Part shown: one piece after another, positions 1 through 9,728 of the stretch
Position numbering within the stretch: the first letter of the stretch is position 1
Layout: every line of letters begins with the position of its first letter
DNA from: an uncultured delta proteobacterium
GTDB taxonomy: Bacteria > Desulfobacterota > Binatia > UBA9968
Length of the DNA: 64,000 nucleotides
Direction: 5' to 3'
Assembly: GCA_963804165.1 (NCBI GenBank)
Contig: CAWDPO010000041.1
Span: 64,001-128,000, forward strand
Notes under the pieces: model-generated
Seen by the model: only the letters and a program-made list of their open reading frames with translations
Databases searched by the model: none
What the model was told of the DNA's origin: nothing
Program-made: the position numbers and the translations under genes

Positions 1-1427
1 GCCAGTTGAGTCTGTGGGCGTTGGGAATGAAAACCGGCGCTATGCTCGCCATCGCGGAGCAGATGGATCAGTGCGGTTTTGAGTCCATGGAGTTTTTCGG
101 CTTTGCCGGCTACATCAAGATGGTACACGAGCACAAAGAGAATCCTTGGGACTGGATGGGGCTCGGCGCGAAGAAATTTCGCCGTACGCGCCTGCGCTAT
201 CACGGCGGGTTGGCCACCGGCTTCGAAAAAATACCGCGCTCCGTGCGGCTGCTGATGATCGAGCGGGTGGTGGCACACGGCATCACGCTGACCCGCTCTT
301 CCGATCCGTGGAACGACTACGATGCCGCTGCGGTCGAGATCGACGCGCTAAAAAAGCTCGGCATGGATGTTATCATCAATGTCATTTATTCTGTATCGCC
401 GCGCCATACCGATGAATACTACGCCGAGCGAGCGCGCCAAGCGGCGGGGATCAAGCCCTATCGTATCTGCTTCAAGGACGTCGGCGGTCTACTCACTCCC
501 GACCGGGCGCGCGTATTGATTCCGCTGATTCAAAAAAACATCGGTGATATTCCACTCGAGTTTCACGGCCACTGCAACAATGGCCTGGGTCCGTTCAATT
601 ATCTGGAGGCGATCAAGCTCGGCGTCGACACGTTGCACACGGCGATACCGCCTCTCGCCAACGGATCGGCACAACCGTCGATATTCAATATCGCGTCCAA
701 CGCGCGCGCGCTCGGTTTCAAACCGCTCGTCGATCTCGAAGCGGTCAAACCAGTTGAAAAGCATTTTACGTATATCGCTAAGCACGAAGGGTATCCGATC
801 GGCGCGCAACGCGAATACGATCACGCGCAATATCTGCATCAAGTCCCCGGCGGTATGATCTCCAACTTGCGTCATCAACTGCGAACCATGGGCATGGAAA
901 ATCGTTTGCAGGAAACATTGGAGGAAGTGGGTCGGGTGCGCGCCGAGTTCGGTTACCCGATCATGGTGACGCCGCTGGCGCAGTTCGTCGGCAGCCAGGC
1001 GGCGATCAACATCATTACCGGCGAGCGTTACAAAGAAGTGACCGACCAATCGATTCAGTACGCCCTCGGCCATTGGGGCAAGGAAGCGCCGCTGGTGATG
1101 GATGCGAATGTCAAAGACACGATTCTCAATCGGTCGCGCGCCGACGATTGGCGCAACTGGTCGCCGTCCGATCTCTCGCTTCGCGAAGTGCGGGAAAAAT
1201 TTGGCGGCCCCGGAGTTTCCGACGAAGAATTAATCCTGCGGGTCATCGCCGGTGAGGCCGCGGTCAAAGCTATGCTCGCCGCAGGCGCGCCAAAGGAATA
1301 TGTCGGCACAACGGAGCCGTTGATCAGATTGATCGGCGAACTGGCCAAGCGCAAGGATTGCAATCGAGTTTACGTTCAAAAAGGCGAGTTGGTGCTTCGC
1401 TTGGAGAAAAGGCAACTGCCAGTTTAA
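1..1427 (+). CDS. Pyruvate carboxylase subunit B / oxaloacetate decarboxylase alpha-like carboxyltransferase (5' truncated by window edge; no biotinyl domain)
   Basis: QLSLWA at the start, CFKD lysine motif, HGH metal motif, HQVPGGMISNL and GYPIMVTPLAQFVG motifs of the HMGL-like/PYC_OADA family; frame is open to the window edge. Confidence 0.85.
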   Translation, partial: QLSLWALGMKTGAMLAIAEQMDQCGFESMEFFGFAGYIKMVHEHKENPWDWMGLGAKKFRRTRLRYHGGLATGFEKIPRSVRLLMIERVVAHGITLTRSSDPWNDYDAAAVEIDALKKLGMDVIINVIYSVSPRHTDEYYAERARQAAGIKPYRICFKDVGGLLTPDRARVLIPLIQKNIGDIPLEFHGHCNNGLGPFNYLEAIKLGVDTLHTAIPPLANGSAQPSIFNIASNARALGFKPLVDLEAVKPVEKHFTYIAKHEGYPIGAQREYDHAQYLHQVPGGMISNLRHQLRTMGMENRLQETLEEVGRVRAEFGYPIMVTPLAQFVGSQAAINIITGERYKEVTDQSIQYALGHWGKEAPLVMDANVKDTILNRSRADDWRNWSPSDLSLREVREKFGGPGVSDEELILRVIAGEAAVKAMLAAGAPKEYVGTTEPLIRLIGELAKRKDCNRVYVQKGELVLRLEKRQLPV

Positions 1428-1805
1428 CTGTGGCCAGTCGCAACCAATAAGAGGCCCGACTTGGAAACATCTCGGACCGGTCTCTGCGCATAAAATGAAT
1501 TGTGTGCCGCAGGCAACACGAATCGAGGGCATGTGGGAACGACGGACATCGGTGCAATTGCTTGACGACGCCGGAGTAGGTCACGGGTGAACGCCCGGTT
1601 TTTGAATCGAAGCGCTCGATACGAATCGAGCCACTAGAAGACGATCGTCTCTGGAGTTGATCTTGGCACTGCCGGCGCGGCGCAGTTGGGGTACTGCTGA
1701 CCTTTGCCCTGGCAACTGGGATTGGTGTATATATCCGCTGACTCGACGCGGCGTGATCGATGCGGTGTGTGATGCGCCGGCGATTGTTTGCGAAAGGAGG
1801 CTCAA

Positions 1806-4004
1806 ATGAAAAACACACGAACGTTTTTCATGGTTGCGGTGCTGTTTTCGGCGATCGCGTTTCTGGCCGCCTTACCGGGCCGATTGAGCAGCCAACAGGG
1901 CACACCAGTGCGCGTCGACGCTGACGATGTAGGCGGCATGGTCACCAGCGCAAAAGGTCCGGAGGCGGGTGTCTGGGTAATCGCGGAGACCACCGATCTT
2001 CCCACCAAGCTTGCCAAGATCGTCGTCACCGATGATCAAGGTCGCTATCTGATTCCCGATCTGCCGAAAGCAAACTACAACATCTGGGTTCGTGGCTACG
2101 GACTCGTCGATTCGCCGAAAGTTCGGGCGACGCCCGGTAAGATATTGAACCTAAAAGCAATGGTAGCGCCGGCGCCGGCGGCAGCAGCGGAATACTATCC
2201 CGCCATCTATTGGTACTCTATGCTCAAGATTCCGGACAAAAGCGAGTTTCCTGGCACGGGACCCAAGGGCAACGGCATGCCGGAGAAGCTGAAAAGCCAG
2301 GGGCAGTGGTTAGCCAACGTCAAGACCCACGGCTGCATATCCTGTCATCAACTGGGCAACAAGCCGACGCGTACGATGCACAAGGAGTTTAGCGAGTTCA
2401 AATCTTCACTGGAGGCATGGCAGCGGCGTGTCCTCTCCGGACAAGCGAGCGAAGTCATGATCCGCAACTTGGACGACGTCGACCCAAAGCGAGCCTTGGA
2501 GTTGTTTGCCGATTGGACGGACCGAATCGCTGCCGGAGAATTGCCCAAGTCGAAGCCTTCGCGGCCGCAAGGAATCGAGCGTAATGTCGTCATTACGTTG
2601 TGGGACTGGGCCACACCCAAGGCCTACCTGCATGACGAGATCGCCAGCGACAAGCGCAATCCAACGATCAACGCCAATGGCTTGATCTATGGTTCTCCCG
2701 AAGACAGCACGGATTTCATGCCGATCCTCGATCCGGTGCGCAACAAAACGACGGAAGTCAAAGTGCCGGTGCGCGATCCAAACACCCCTGACACCATGGC
2801 CATCGCTCGCTCGGAGGCGCTGATGCTTGCGCCTTCGCCGGACTGGGGTACAGACCGGATTTGGAAAAGTCAGACCACCAATCATAACCCGATGTTCGAT
2901 GAAAAAGGGCGGGTCTGGCTCACGGTTAGAATTCGTCCTGCGGTCAATCCCACTTTCTGCAGGAAAGGCTCCGACCATCCATCGGCGAAGTTGTTTCCGG
3001 TCGAAAGAGCCGGTCGCCACGTGGGCGTGTTCGATCCGAAAATCCAGAAATTCACGCTCATCGATACCTGCTTTAGCACCCACCACTTGACTTTTGCCGA
3101 GGATACGAACAACACGCTGTGGCTCTCCAGCGGCGGTTCCGCCGGCGGTGTCCTTGGTTGGATCAACACCAAAATATTCGACGCAACCGGCGACGAACAG
3201 AAATCCCAGGGTTGGACTGCATTCATCCTCGACACCAACGGCAATGGCAAGCGCGACGAATACGTCGAGCCCGATCAACCGGTCGATCCGACGAAAGATA
3301 AACGGATCGTGACCGGCTATTACGGCATCGGCTTTAACCCGATGGATGGTTCCATCTGGGGTTCGGTGCTGAACTTTCCCGGAGCGGTTGTGCGCGTGAG
3401 TCCCGGCGACAATCCGCCGGCGACCGCATTAACGGAAATTTTCGAGGTGCCGTGGAATGAGCCCAAGGCGGCGGTGAACGGCTACGGCCCGCGCGGCATG
3501 GACATCGATCGCAACGGCGTCGTTTGGGTGCCGCTGGCGAGCGGGCATCTCGGCAGCTTTGACCGGCGCAAGTGCAAGGGCCCGCTCAACGGACCGAACG
3601 CGACCGGCAAACATTGTCCCGAAGGCTGGACGCTTTACCCATTTCCTGGACCGCAATTTGAAACCGTTAGCGACCCGGGCAGCGCTCAGGCGAGCTACTA
3701 CACCTGGGTCGATCAACACGATACCTTCGGCTTGGGTCGCAATGTGCCGTTTGCCACCGGCAATCTTTCCGATTCGCTGGAGGCCTTTGTCGACGGGAAG
3801 TTCATCACTCTGCGCATCCCGTATCCAATGGGTTTTCACGCCAAGGGCATGGATGGACGCATCGATAACCCAAAAACCGGCTGGAAGGGAAAAGGGGTGT
3901 GGTCCGCCTATGCCGGCAGAGCGACCAACCATATCGAAGGCGGTAAGGGCACGAAGCCCAAGGTAGTGAAGTTCCAGTTGAGACCCGATCCGCTGGCCAA
4001 ATGA
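1806..4004 (+). CDS. Secreted carboxypeptidase-regulatory-like domain + monoheme cytochrome c (CISCH) + putative beta-propeller protein, paralog 1
   Basis: AAGGAGG at 1794-1800 then ATG 1806; signal peptide; GVWVIAET/TDDQGRY/VRGYGL N-domain; CxxCH; DTNGNGKRDE Ca-loop-like motif; C-terminal FQLRPDPLAK. Confidence 0.8.
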   Translation: MKNTRTFFMVAVLFSAIAFLAALPGRLSSQQGTPVRVDADDVGGMVTSAKGPEAGVWVIAETTDLPTKLAKIVVTDDQGRYLIPDLPKANYNIWVRGYGLVDSPKVRATPGKILNLKAMVAPAPAAAAEYYPAIYWYSMLKIPDKSEFPGTGPKGNGMPEKLKSQGQWLANVKTHGCISCHQLGNKPTRTMHKEFSEFKSSLEAWQRRVLSGQASEVMIRNLDDVDPKRALELFADWTDRIAAGELPKSKPSRPQGIERNVVITLWDWATPKAYLHDEIASDKRNPTINANGLIYGSPEDSTDFMPILDPVRNKTTEVKVPVRDPNTPDTMAIARSEALMLAPSPDWGTDRIWKSQTTNHNPMFDEKGRVWLTVRIRPAVNPTFCRKGSDHPSAKLFPVERAGRHVGVFDPKIQKFTLIDTCFSTHHLTFAEDTNNTLWLSSGGSAGGVLGWINTKIFDATGDEQKSQGWTAFILDTNGNGKRDEYVEPDQPVDPTKDKRIVTGYYGIGFNPMDGSIWGSVLNFPGAVVRVSPGDNPPATALTEIFEVPWNEPKAAVNGYGPRGMDIDRNGVVWVPLASGHLGSFDRRKCKGPLNGPNATGKHCPEGWTLYPFPGPQFETVSDPGSAQASYYTWVDQHDTFGLGRNVPFATGNLSDSLEAFVDGKFITLRIPYPMGFHAKGMDGRIDNPKTGWKGKGVWSAYAGRATNHIEGGKGTKPKVVKFQLRPDPLAK

Positions 4005-4094
4005 TGTGAATGAACCTTGCGGCAACGGATTTTATTTTAGATAGTCTGACACAGGCAAAGAAAATTTAGGGATTAAATTAACAGGGAGATCGCC

Positions 4095-6257
4095 ATGAAA
4101 AGCATGAAAATATTGGCATTGATATCGATTTTTTTCGGCATCGCGGCATGGCTAACGGTGTTCCCCGTAGATCTTGCCAGCCAACAAGACGCGGCTGTGC
4201 CCATCGACAGCGACGACATTGCCGGCGTCGTCACCAGTACGAAGGGGGCTGAAGCCGGCGTCTGGGTGATCGCGGAAACCACCGACCTTCCCACCAGGTT
4301 CGCCAGGATGGTGGTCACTGACGATAAGGGGCGCTATGTGCTGCCGGACCTGCCGAAGGCCAATTACAACATTTGGGTTCGGGGTTATGGGCTGGTTGAT
4401 TCGCCGAAAGTCAAGAGCGTTCCCGGCAAGTCGCTTAACCTCAAGGCGGTCGTCGCGCCGAACGACGCGGCCGCGGCGCAATACTACCCAGCGATTTATT
4501 GGTATTCGATGCTGAAGATTCCGGACAAGAGCGAATTCGGCGGCAAGGGAAAAATTCCCGAGAAAATAACGCAGACTGCATGGCTCAACACGATGAAGAA
4601 CAACGGATGCATCGGCTGCCATCAGCTGGGGCAGCTGTCGACGCGCACGTTCCCAAAGAACGTCCCGCATCCGATTAATTCGGCCAACTCGGAAGAGGCG
4701 TGGTTCCGCCGCATTCAGTCAGGTCAATCCGGTGAACAGATGTTCAGCCAGCTGGTCAAAGAACTCGGCGGGGCTCCCATCAAATACTATGCGGACTGGA
4801 CGGACCGCATCGCCAAGGGTGAGCTGCCCCATGAGAAGCCCGCGCGGCCCCAAGGAGCTGAGCGTAACATCGTCGTCACCACCTGGGATTGGCTTGACGA
4901 CAAGAAGTATCTGCACGATCTGATCGCGTCGGATCGGCGCTACCCGACGGTCAATGCCTATGGTCCCCTGTACGGGTCACCGGAGTACAGCACCGACCTC
5001 ATACCGGTTCTCGATCCGAAAAAGCACACCACCTGGAACTTAACTGCGCCAATCCGAGATCCAAACACGCCGGAGGCGCTCGGGCCGGGCCATGCCGCGA
5101 GTGACAAGCTTATGCAACCGTCACCTTACTGGGGCACGGAGAAGATCTGGGATACCAAGGCCAACAACCATAATGCCATGATCGACCGAAAGGGGCGCGT
5201 GTGGTTTGCGGCGAGGTTTCGCGACGCCAATACTCCGGACTTTTGCAAAAAAGGCTCCGCTCATCCGTCGGCTAAGGTGGTCCCGATGGATCGGACCAAC
5301 CGCCAGCTGACGATGCTCGATCCCAAGACCGGGCAGTACACGTACGTCGATACCTGTTTTGGGTCGCATCATCTGCAGTTTGGTCACGACGCGAACGAAA
5401 CGCTCTGGACCAGCGGCGGCGGGCCGGTGGTGGGCTGGGTCAACACCAAGATGCTCGATGAAACCGGCGACATCGCGAAATCCCAGGGATGGACGCCGAT
5501 GATTCTTGACACCAACGGCAACGGCAAGCGCGACGAGTACGTCGAGGCAAACCAGCCGGTCGATCCGAACAAGGACAAGCGTATTATCGCCGGCTTCTAC
5601 GCGGTCATGCCGAGTCCAGTGGATGGTTCGATTTGGGGCTCCTACCGAACGAATCCGGGTGCTGTCGTTCGAGTGGTTCCAGGAGCCAATCCAACCGAGA
5701 CCGCGCTCACCGAGATCTACAATGTGCCAATGCCGGGCTTTGGCATTCGTGGCGCTGACATCGACCGGCAAGGGGTAGTGTGGGTTTCGCTTGCGAGCGG
5801 GCACCTTGGAAGCTTCGATCGGCGCAAGTGCAAAGGACCGCTCAACGGGCCGAAAGCAACCGGCGATCACTGTCCCGAGGGCTGGGCGTTCCACAAATAT
5901 CCGGGTCCAGGGTTCAAGGGCCTCGGAGATAATAGCGCTGAGTCGAGCTACTACACCTGGGTCGATCAACATAACACGTTCGGCCTGGGCGAGGACGTGC
6001 CGATGTCCACCGGCAATTTGAACGACGGACTGATCGCCATGAAAGACGGCAAGATGATCGTTTTGCGCGTGCCTTATCCTATGGGTTTTTACGCCAAAGG
6101 TTTCGACGGGCGTATCGATGATCCGAAGGCGGGCTGGAAGGGTCGTGGACTGTGGACCACGAGCGGCGACCGCGCGCCATGGCTAAAAGAGGGAGGCAAG
6201 GGCGCCAAGCCGATCGCCGTGCAATTCCAGTTGCGACCGGATCCATTGGCGAAGTAA
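4095..6257 (+). CDS. Secreted monoheme (CIGCH) putative beta-propeller protein, paralog 2
   Basis: Colinear with paralog 1 over the full length; GGGAG SD; same motifs. Confidence 0.8.
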   Translation: MKSMKILALISIFFGIAAWLTVFPVDLASQQDAAVPIDSDDIAGVVTSTKGAEAGVWVIAETTDLPTRFARMVVTDDKGRYVLPDLPKANYNIWVRGYGLVDSPKVKSVPGKSLNLKAVVAPNDAAAAQYYPAIYWYSMLKIPDKSEFGGKGKIPEKITQTAWLNTMKNNGCIGCHQLGQLSTRTFPKNVPHPINSANSEEAWFRRIQSGQSGEQMFSQLVKELGGAPIKYYADWTDRIAKGELPHEKPARPQGAERNIVVTTWDWLDDKKYLHDLIASDRRYPTVNAYGPLYGSPEYSTDLIPVLDPKKHTTWNLTAPIRDPNTPEALGPGHAASDKLMQPSPYWGTEKIWDTKANNHNAMIDRKGRVWFAARFRDANTPDFCKKGSAHPSAKVVPMDRTNRQLTMLDPKTGQYTYVDTCFGSHHLQFGHDANETLWTSGGGPVVGWVNTKMLDETGDIAKSQGWTPMILDTNGNGKRDEYVEANQPVDPNKDKRIIAGFYAVMPSPVDGSIWGSYRTNPGAVVRVVPGANPTETALTEIYNVPMPGFGIRGADIDRQGVVWVSLASGHLGSFDRRKCKGPLNGPKATGDHCPEGWAFHKYPGPGFKGLGDNSAESSYYTWVDQHNTFGLGEDVPMSTGNLNDGLIAMKDGKMIVLRVPYPMGFYAKGFDGRIDDPKAGWKGRGLWTTSGDRAPWLKEGGKGAKPIAVQFQLRPDPLAK

Positions 6258-6299
6258 CGATCGTCACAAAACGCAGAAGCTATAGGCAGACACGTAAAG

Positions 6300-6350
6300 A
6301 CAGGTCTTGGTATTACAAATCGTTGTAATCCAAGACCTGTTCCCATTTTT
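6300..6350 (+). terminator. Strong hairpin between paralogs 2 and 3, likely terminator
   Basis: ACAGGTCTTGG-T-ATTACA / TGTAAT-CCAAGACCTGT inverted repeat followed by a pyrimidine/T-rich tract. Confidence 0.6.
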
Positions 6351-6499
6351 ATCCCCATTTTCGCGCTCCGATCGGCGAAGATATATCGCTCAATGACTTA
6401 TTTGATTTGACAGCGATAACTCAGTTGGTCCCATACTGAGCCATTAGTTAAGCTGCGGTGGCTCGCGTTTGAAGCCGGGGCAGTCAAAAGGAGCAAGTC

Positions 6500-8662
6500 A
6501 TGAGAAAAATAATCCCATTGCGCTTGGTTATGGCGGTTATCGCCATTGCTCTGTTGATGGCGATTTCGCTCGTCGAACTGGGCAGCCAGCAGACTACCAC
6601 GCTGCGCGTGGATGGTGATGATATCGGCGGCGTGGTCGCGGGCGCCAACGGACCGGAAGCGGGTGTCTGGGTAATCGCGGAGACCACCGATCTTCCCACC
6701 AAGTTTGCCAAGATCGTAGTCACGGATGATCAAGGTCGCTATCTGGTTCCTGATTTGCCGAAAGCAAACTACAACATCTGGGTGCGCGGCTACGGACTCG
6801 TCGATTCGTCGAAAGTTCGGGCGACGCCCGGGAAAACTCTCAACCTGAAAGCTGCCGTAGCGCCGAACGATGCCGCGGCGGCGGAATACTATCCGGCCAT
6901 CTACTGGTACTCGATGCTCAAGATTCCCGAAAAGAGTCTCTTTCCCGGCACGGGCGAAAAAGGCAACGGTATGCCTGAGACACTTAGGCGTCGGGAGCAG
7001 TGGCTGGATGTCGTCAAAACCAACGGCTGTAATACTTGCCATCAGCTTGGCAACAAGGCGACGCGCACGATTCCAAAAGAACTCGGTGAATTCAAAACTT
7101 CAGCCGACGCGTGGCAACGGCGCATCGTTTCCGGACAAGCGATGACCTCCATGCTCAACGCCATGAACCGAATCGAATCCAAGCGAGCCACTGAGTTGTA
7201 TGGCGATTGGACCGACCGGATCGCCGCCGGCGAGTTGCCCAAGTCAAAACCGTCTCGACCCCAGGGCGTAGAGCGCAACGTAGTGATCACTGTGTGGGAT
7301 TGGAGTAATCCTAAGGCTTATCTCCACGATGAAATCTCCAGTGACAAACGTAATCCGACGGTCAACGCCAACGGTCCGATCTACGGCGCTACTGAGTTAA
7401 GCACTGATTTTGTTCCGGTGCTCGACCCGGTACGCCACAAAGCCTTCGAAATTAAACATCCGGTGCGCGATCCGAACACGCCGTCGGCGAAGACGGACCC
7501 GCTATCGCCGTCTCCTTACTGGGGCGCCGAACCTATATGGGATAGTCAGTCCAACCATCACAACCCGATGTTCGATGAAAAAGCACGGGTTTGGTTTACG
7601 GCAAGAGTCCGTCCGCCGGCCAACCCCGACTTCTGTAAAAAAGGTTCGAGCCATCCATCGGCCAAGGTGTTCCCGCTTCAAAGCGCCACCCGGCAACTTT
7701 CGATGTACGATCCGAAAAGCAAGAAGTTCACGCTGATAAGCACTTGTTTCCCGACGCACCATCTGGTGTTCGCGGAGGATGCCAATAATACTTTGTGGAC
7801 GAGCAGCGGTGGCGCCGCCAGCGGCATCGTCGGCTGGCTCAACAGGAAAATGTTTGAGGAGACCGGGGACGAGGAGAAATCCCAGGGCTGGACGCCTTTC
7901 ATTCTCGATACCAACGGCAACGGCAAGCGCGACGACTACGTGGAGCCCAATCAACCGGTGGATCCGACAAAAGACAAGCGAGTCGTAGCGGGGTTATACG
8001 GTGTCGCCGTAAGCCCCGTAGACCGTTCGATCTGGGGGACATCGTTAGGATTCCCCGGTTACGTCGTGCGGATCAATCCGGGACCGAATCCCGCCGAGAC
8101 CAGTCTCACTGAGATCTACGAAGCGCCATTGGAAGCCAACGGTTACGGCGTGCGCGGTATGGACATCGATCGCAACGGAGTCGTCTGGGTTTCGCTTGCA
8201 AGCGGCCATTTGGGCAGCTTCGACCGGAGCAAATGCAAAATCGTTAATGGCCCGACGGCGACGGGGAAGCACTGCCCCGAAGGTTGGACGCTCTATCCAT
8301 TCCCTGGACCGCAGTTTGAAACTATCGAAGATAGCGGCAGCGCCGAGGCGAGCTATTACACCTGGGTGGATCAGTTCGATACGTTTGGCCTGGGGAAAAA
8401 CATTCCCATCGCCACCGGCAACCTAAACGACGCCCTGTTGGCGTTAGTCGATGGCAAGTACGTCACGCTGCGCGTTCCTTATCCGCTCGGTTTTTACACC
8501 AAGTGGATGGATGGGCGCATTGACAATCCGAAGGCCGGCTGGAAAGGCAAAGGCCTGTGGTCGACCACCGGGACTCGTACGCCATTTCACATGGAAGGCG
8601 GTAAAGGCACAAAGCCAAAAGTCGTGAAGTTCCAGCTGCGCCCTGATCCGTTGGCGAAGTGA
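6500..8662 (+). CDS. Secreted monoheme (CNTCH) putative beta-propeller protein, paralog 3
   Basis: AAGGAG SD; colinear with paralogs 1 and 2; same motifs. Confidence 0.8.
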   Translation: MRKIIPLRLVMAVIAIALLMAISLVELGSQQTTTLRVDGDDIGGVVAGANGPEAGVWVIAETTDLPTKFAKIVVTDDQGRYLVPDLPKANYNIWVRGYGLVDSSKVRATPGKTLNLKAAVAPNDAAAAEYYPAIYWYSMLKIPEKSLFPGTGEKGNGMPETLRRREQWLDVVKTNGCNTCHQLGNKATRTIPKELGEFKTSADAWQRRIVSGQAMTSMLNAMNRIESKRATELYGDWTDRIAAGELPKSKPSRPQGVERNVVITVWDWSNPKAYLHDEISSDKRNPTVNANGPIYGATELSTDFVPVLDPVRHKAFEIKHPVRDPNTPSAKTDPLSPSPYWGAEPIWDSQSNHHNPMFDEKARVWFTARVRPPANPDFCKKGSSHPSAKVFPLQSATRQLSMYDPKSKKFTLISTCFPTHHLVFAEDANNTLWTSSGGAASGIVGWLNRKMFEETGDEEKSQGWTPFILDTNGNGKRDDYVEPNQPVDPTKDKRVVAGLYGVAVSPVDRSIWGTSLGFPGYVVRINPGPNPAETSLTEIYEAPLEANGYGVRGMDIDRNGVVWVSLASGHLGSFDRSKCKIVNGPTATGKHCPEGWTLYPFPGPQFETIEDSGSAEASYYTWVDQFDTFGLGKNIPIATGNLNDALLALVDGKYVTLRVPYPLGFYTKWMDGRIDNPKAGWKGKGLWSTTGTRTPFHMEGGKGTKPKVVKFQLRPDPLAK

Positions 8663-8751
8663 AGCGCACATAGGCAAAAGCGTTCACACGCTCAACCCGA
8701 GTATATCGCCACTGAAAAATGCGCAGTCATATTCGTTGTGCGTCCGTCGCA

Positions 8752-9495
8752 CTACACACGGGATGACAAACGATCCTCCTCCTGAAGCTTTCTCTCGTAG
8801 TAACGCCACACCCAGAGGTCGTTAAACGTCGAACCGAGATCGGGGAGTCTTTCGGTATCTTGCGCAGTGATATTCGGCGCGTGCCTGCCCGTGATTGCCA
8901 CCTGCAAAGTGATTCTGGCCAACGTGTTGAAATTAAGCGCTGAAACGGTCGCCTCTTCGATCGTCTTCCCGGTGACCGTGATGCCATGACCTTTCATCAC
9001 GCAGATGTTTTTTTCACCCATTGCTTCGATTAACGGTGCCGCTAGGTCGGCGCGATTGACCAAGTACGAATGCTCGAAGGTCGGAATGCCGTGGAGGGCC
9101 ATGCGCATGGCTTGAATATTAAAGGCGCCGAAGATGGGGCGAAATTCCAATCCGGTGATACCGCAGATGAGCGCTTCCTTCGGATGCGCGTGGATGACGC
9201 AACCCACCGCCGGGCGTTGCTTATAAATTTCGCCGTGAATGGGCAGCTCGTTGGGCACCTGGTATCGTCCTTCCAGATCCGATCCCTTGCCGCCGAAATC
9301 GACCCGGCGTATGGCATCGACTGTTGTATAACGCACTCCTTGTTCGTCGTCGCTGCGGCAGCGGATCCACATCTCGTCGCCATCGGTGGTGCGCGCGCTG
9401 ACGTGGCCGAGAATATCGTCGACTAGACCTTCCATAGCCAAGATGCGGCAGGAGAGCGTGACTTTTTCCCGGAGATCTTCCGTAGCATCGGACAT
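8752..9495 (-). CDS. Class II aldolase/adducin family protein
   Basis: GHVSAR, ELPIHGEIY, VIHAHP, MKGHG Zn-binding motifs; ATG 9495 with AGAGGT SD. Confidence 0.88.
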   Translation of the reverse strand: MSDATEDLREKVTLSCRILAMEGLVDDILGHVSARTTDGDEMWIRCRSDDEQGVRYTTVDAIRRVDFGGKGSDLEGRYQVPNELPIHGEIYKQRPAVGCVIHAHPKEALICGITGLEFRPIFGAFNIQAMRMALHGIPTFEHSYLVNRADLAAPLIEAMGEKNICVMKGHGITVTGKTIEEATVSALNFNTLARITLQVAITGRHAPNITAQDTERLPDLGSTFNDLWVWRYYERKLQEEDRLSSRV

Positions 9496-9728
9496 GGGCA
9501 ACCTCTTTGTGATCAAGATTAATGGCCGCGATGCTCATCTTAATACGCGCGCATGCCGGAGTCCAAGTTCGAAGACTTCGCTCGCGAGTCAGGCCAATTC
9601 CGCAATTTTCTCTGACAGTCCTTGCTATTGCTATTCGGATTTTGCTAGTGGATCGAGCAGCGTAGAGATCGCACGGGCGCAGCAGTATCGCGCCTTAAAC
9701 AACCCTCACATTTGGAAAGGTGGAAATC

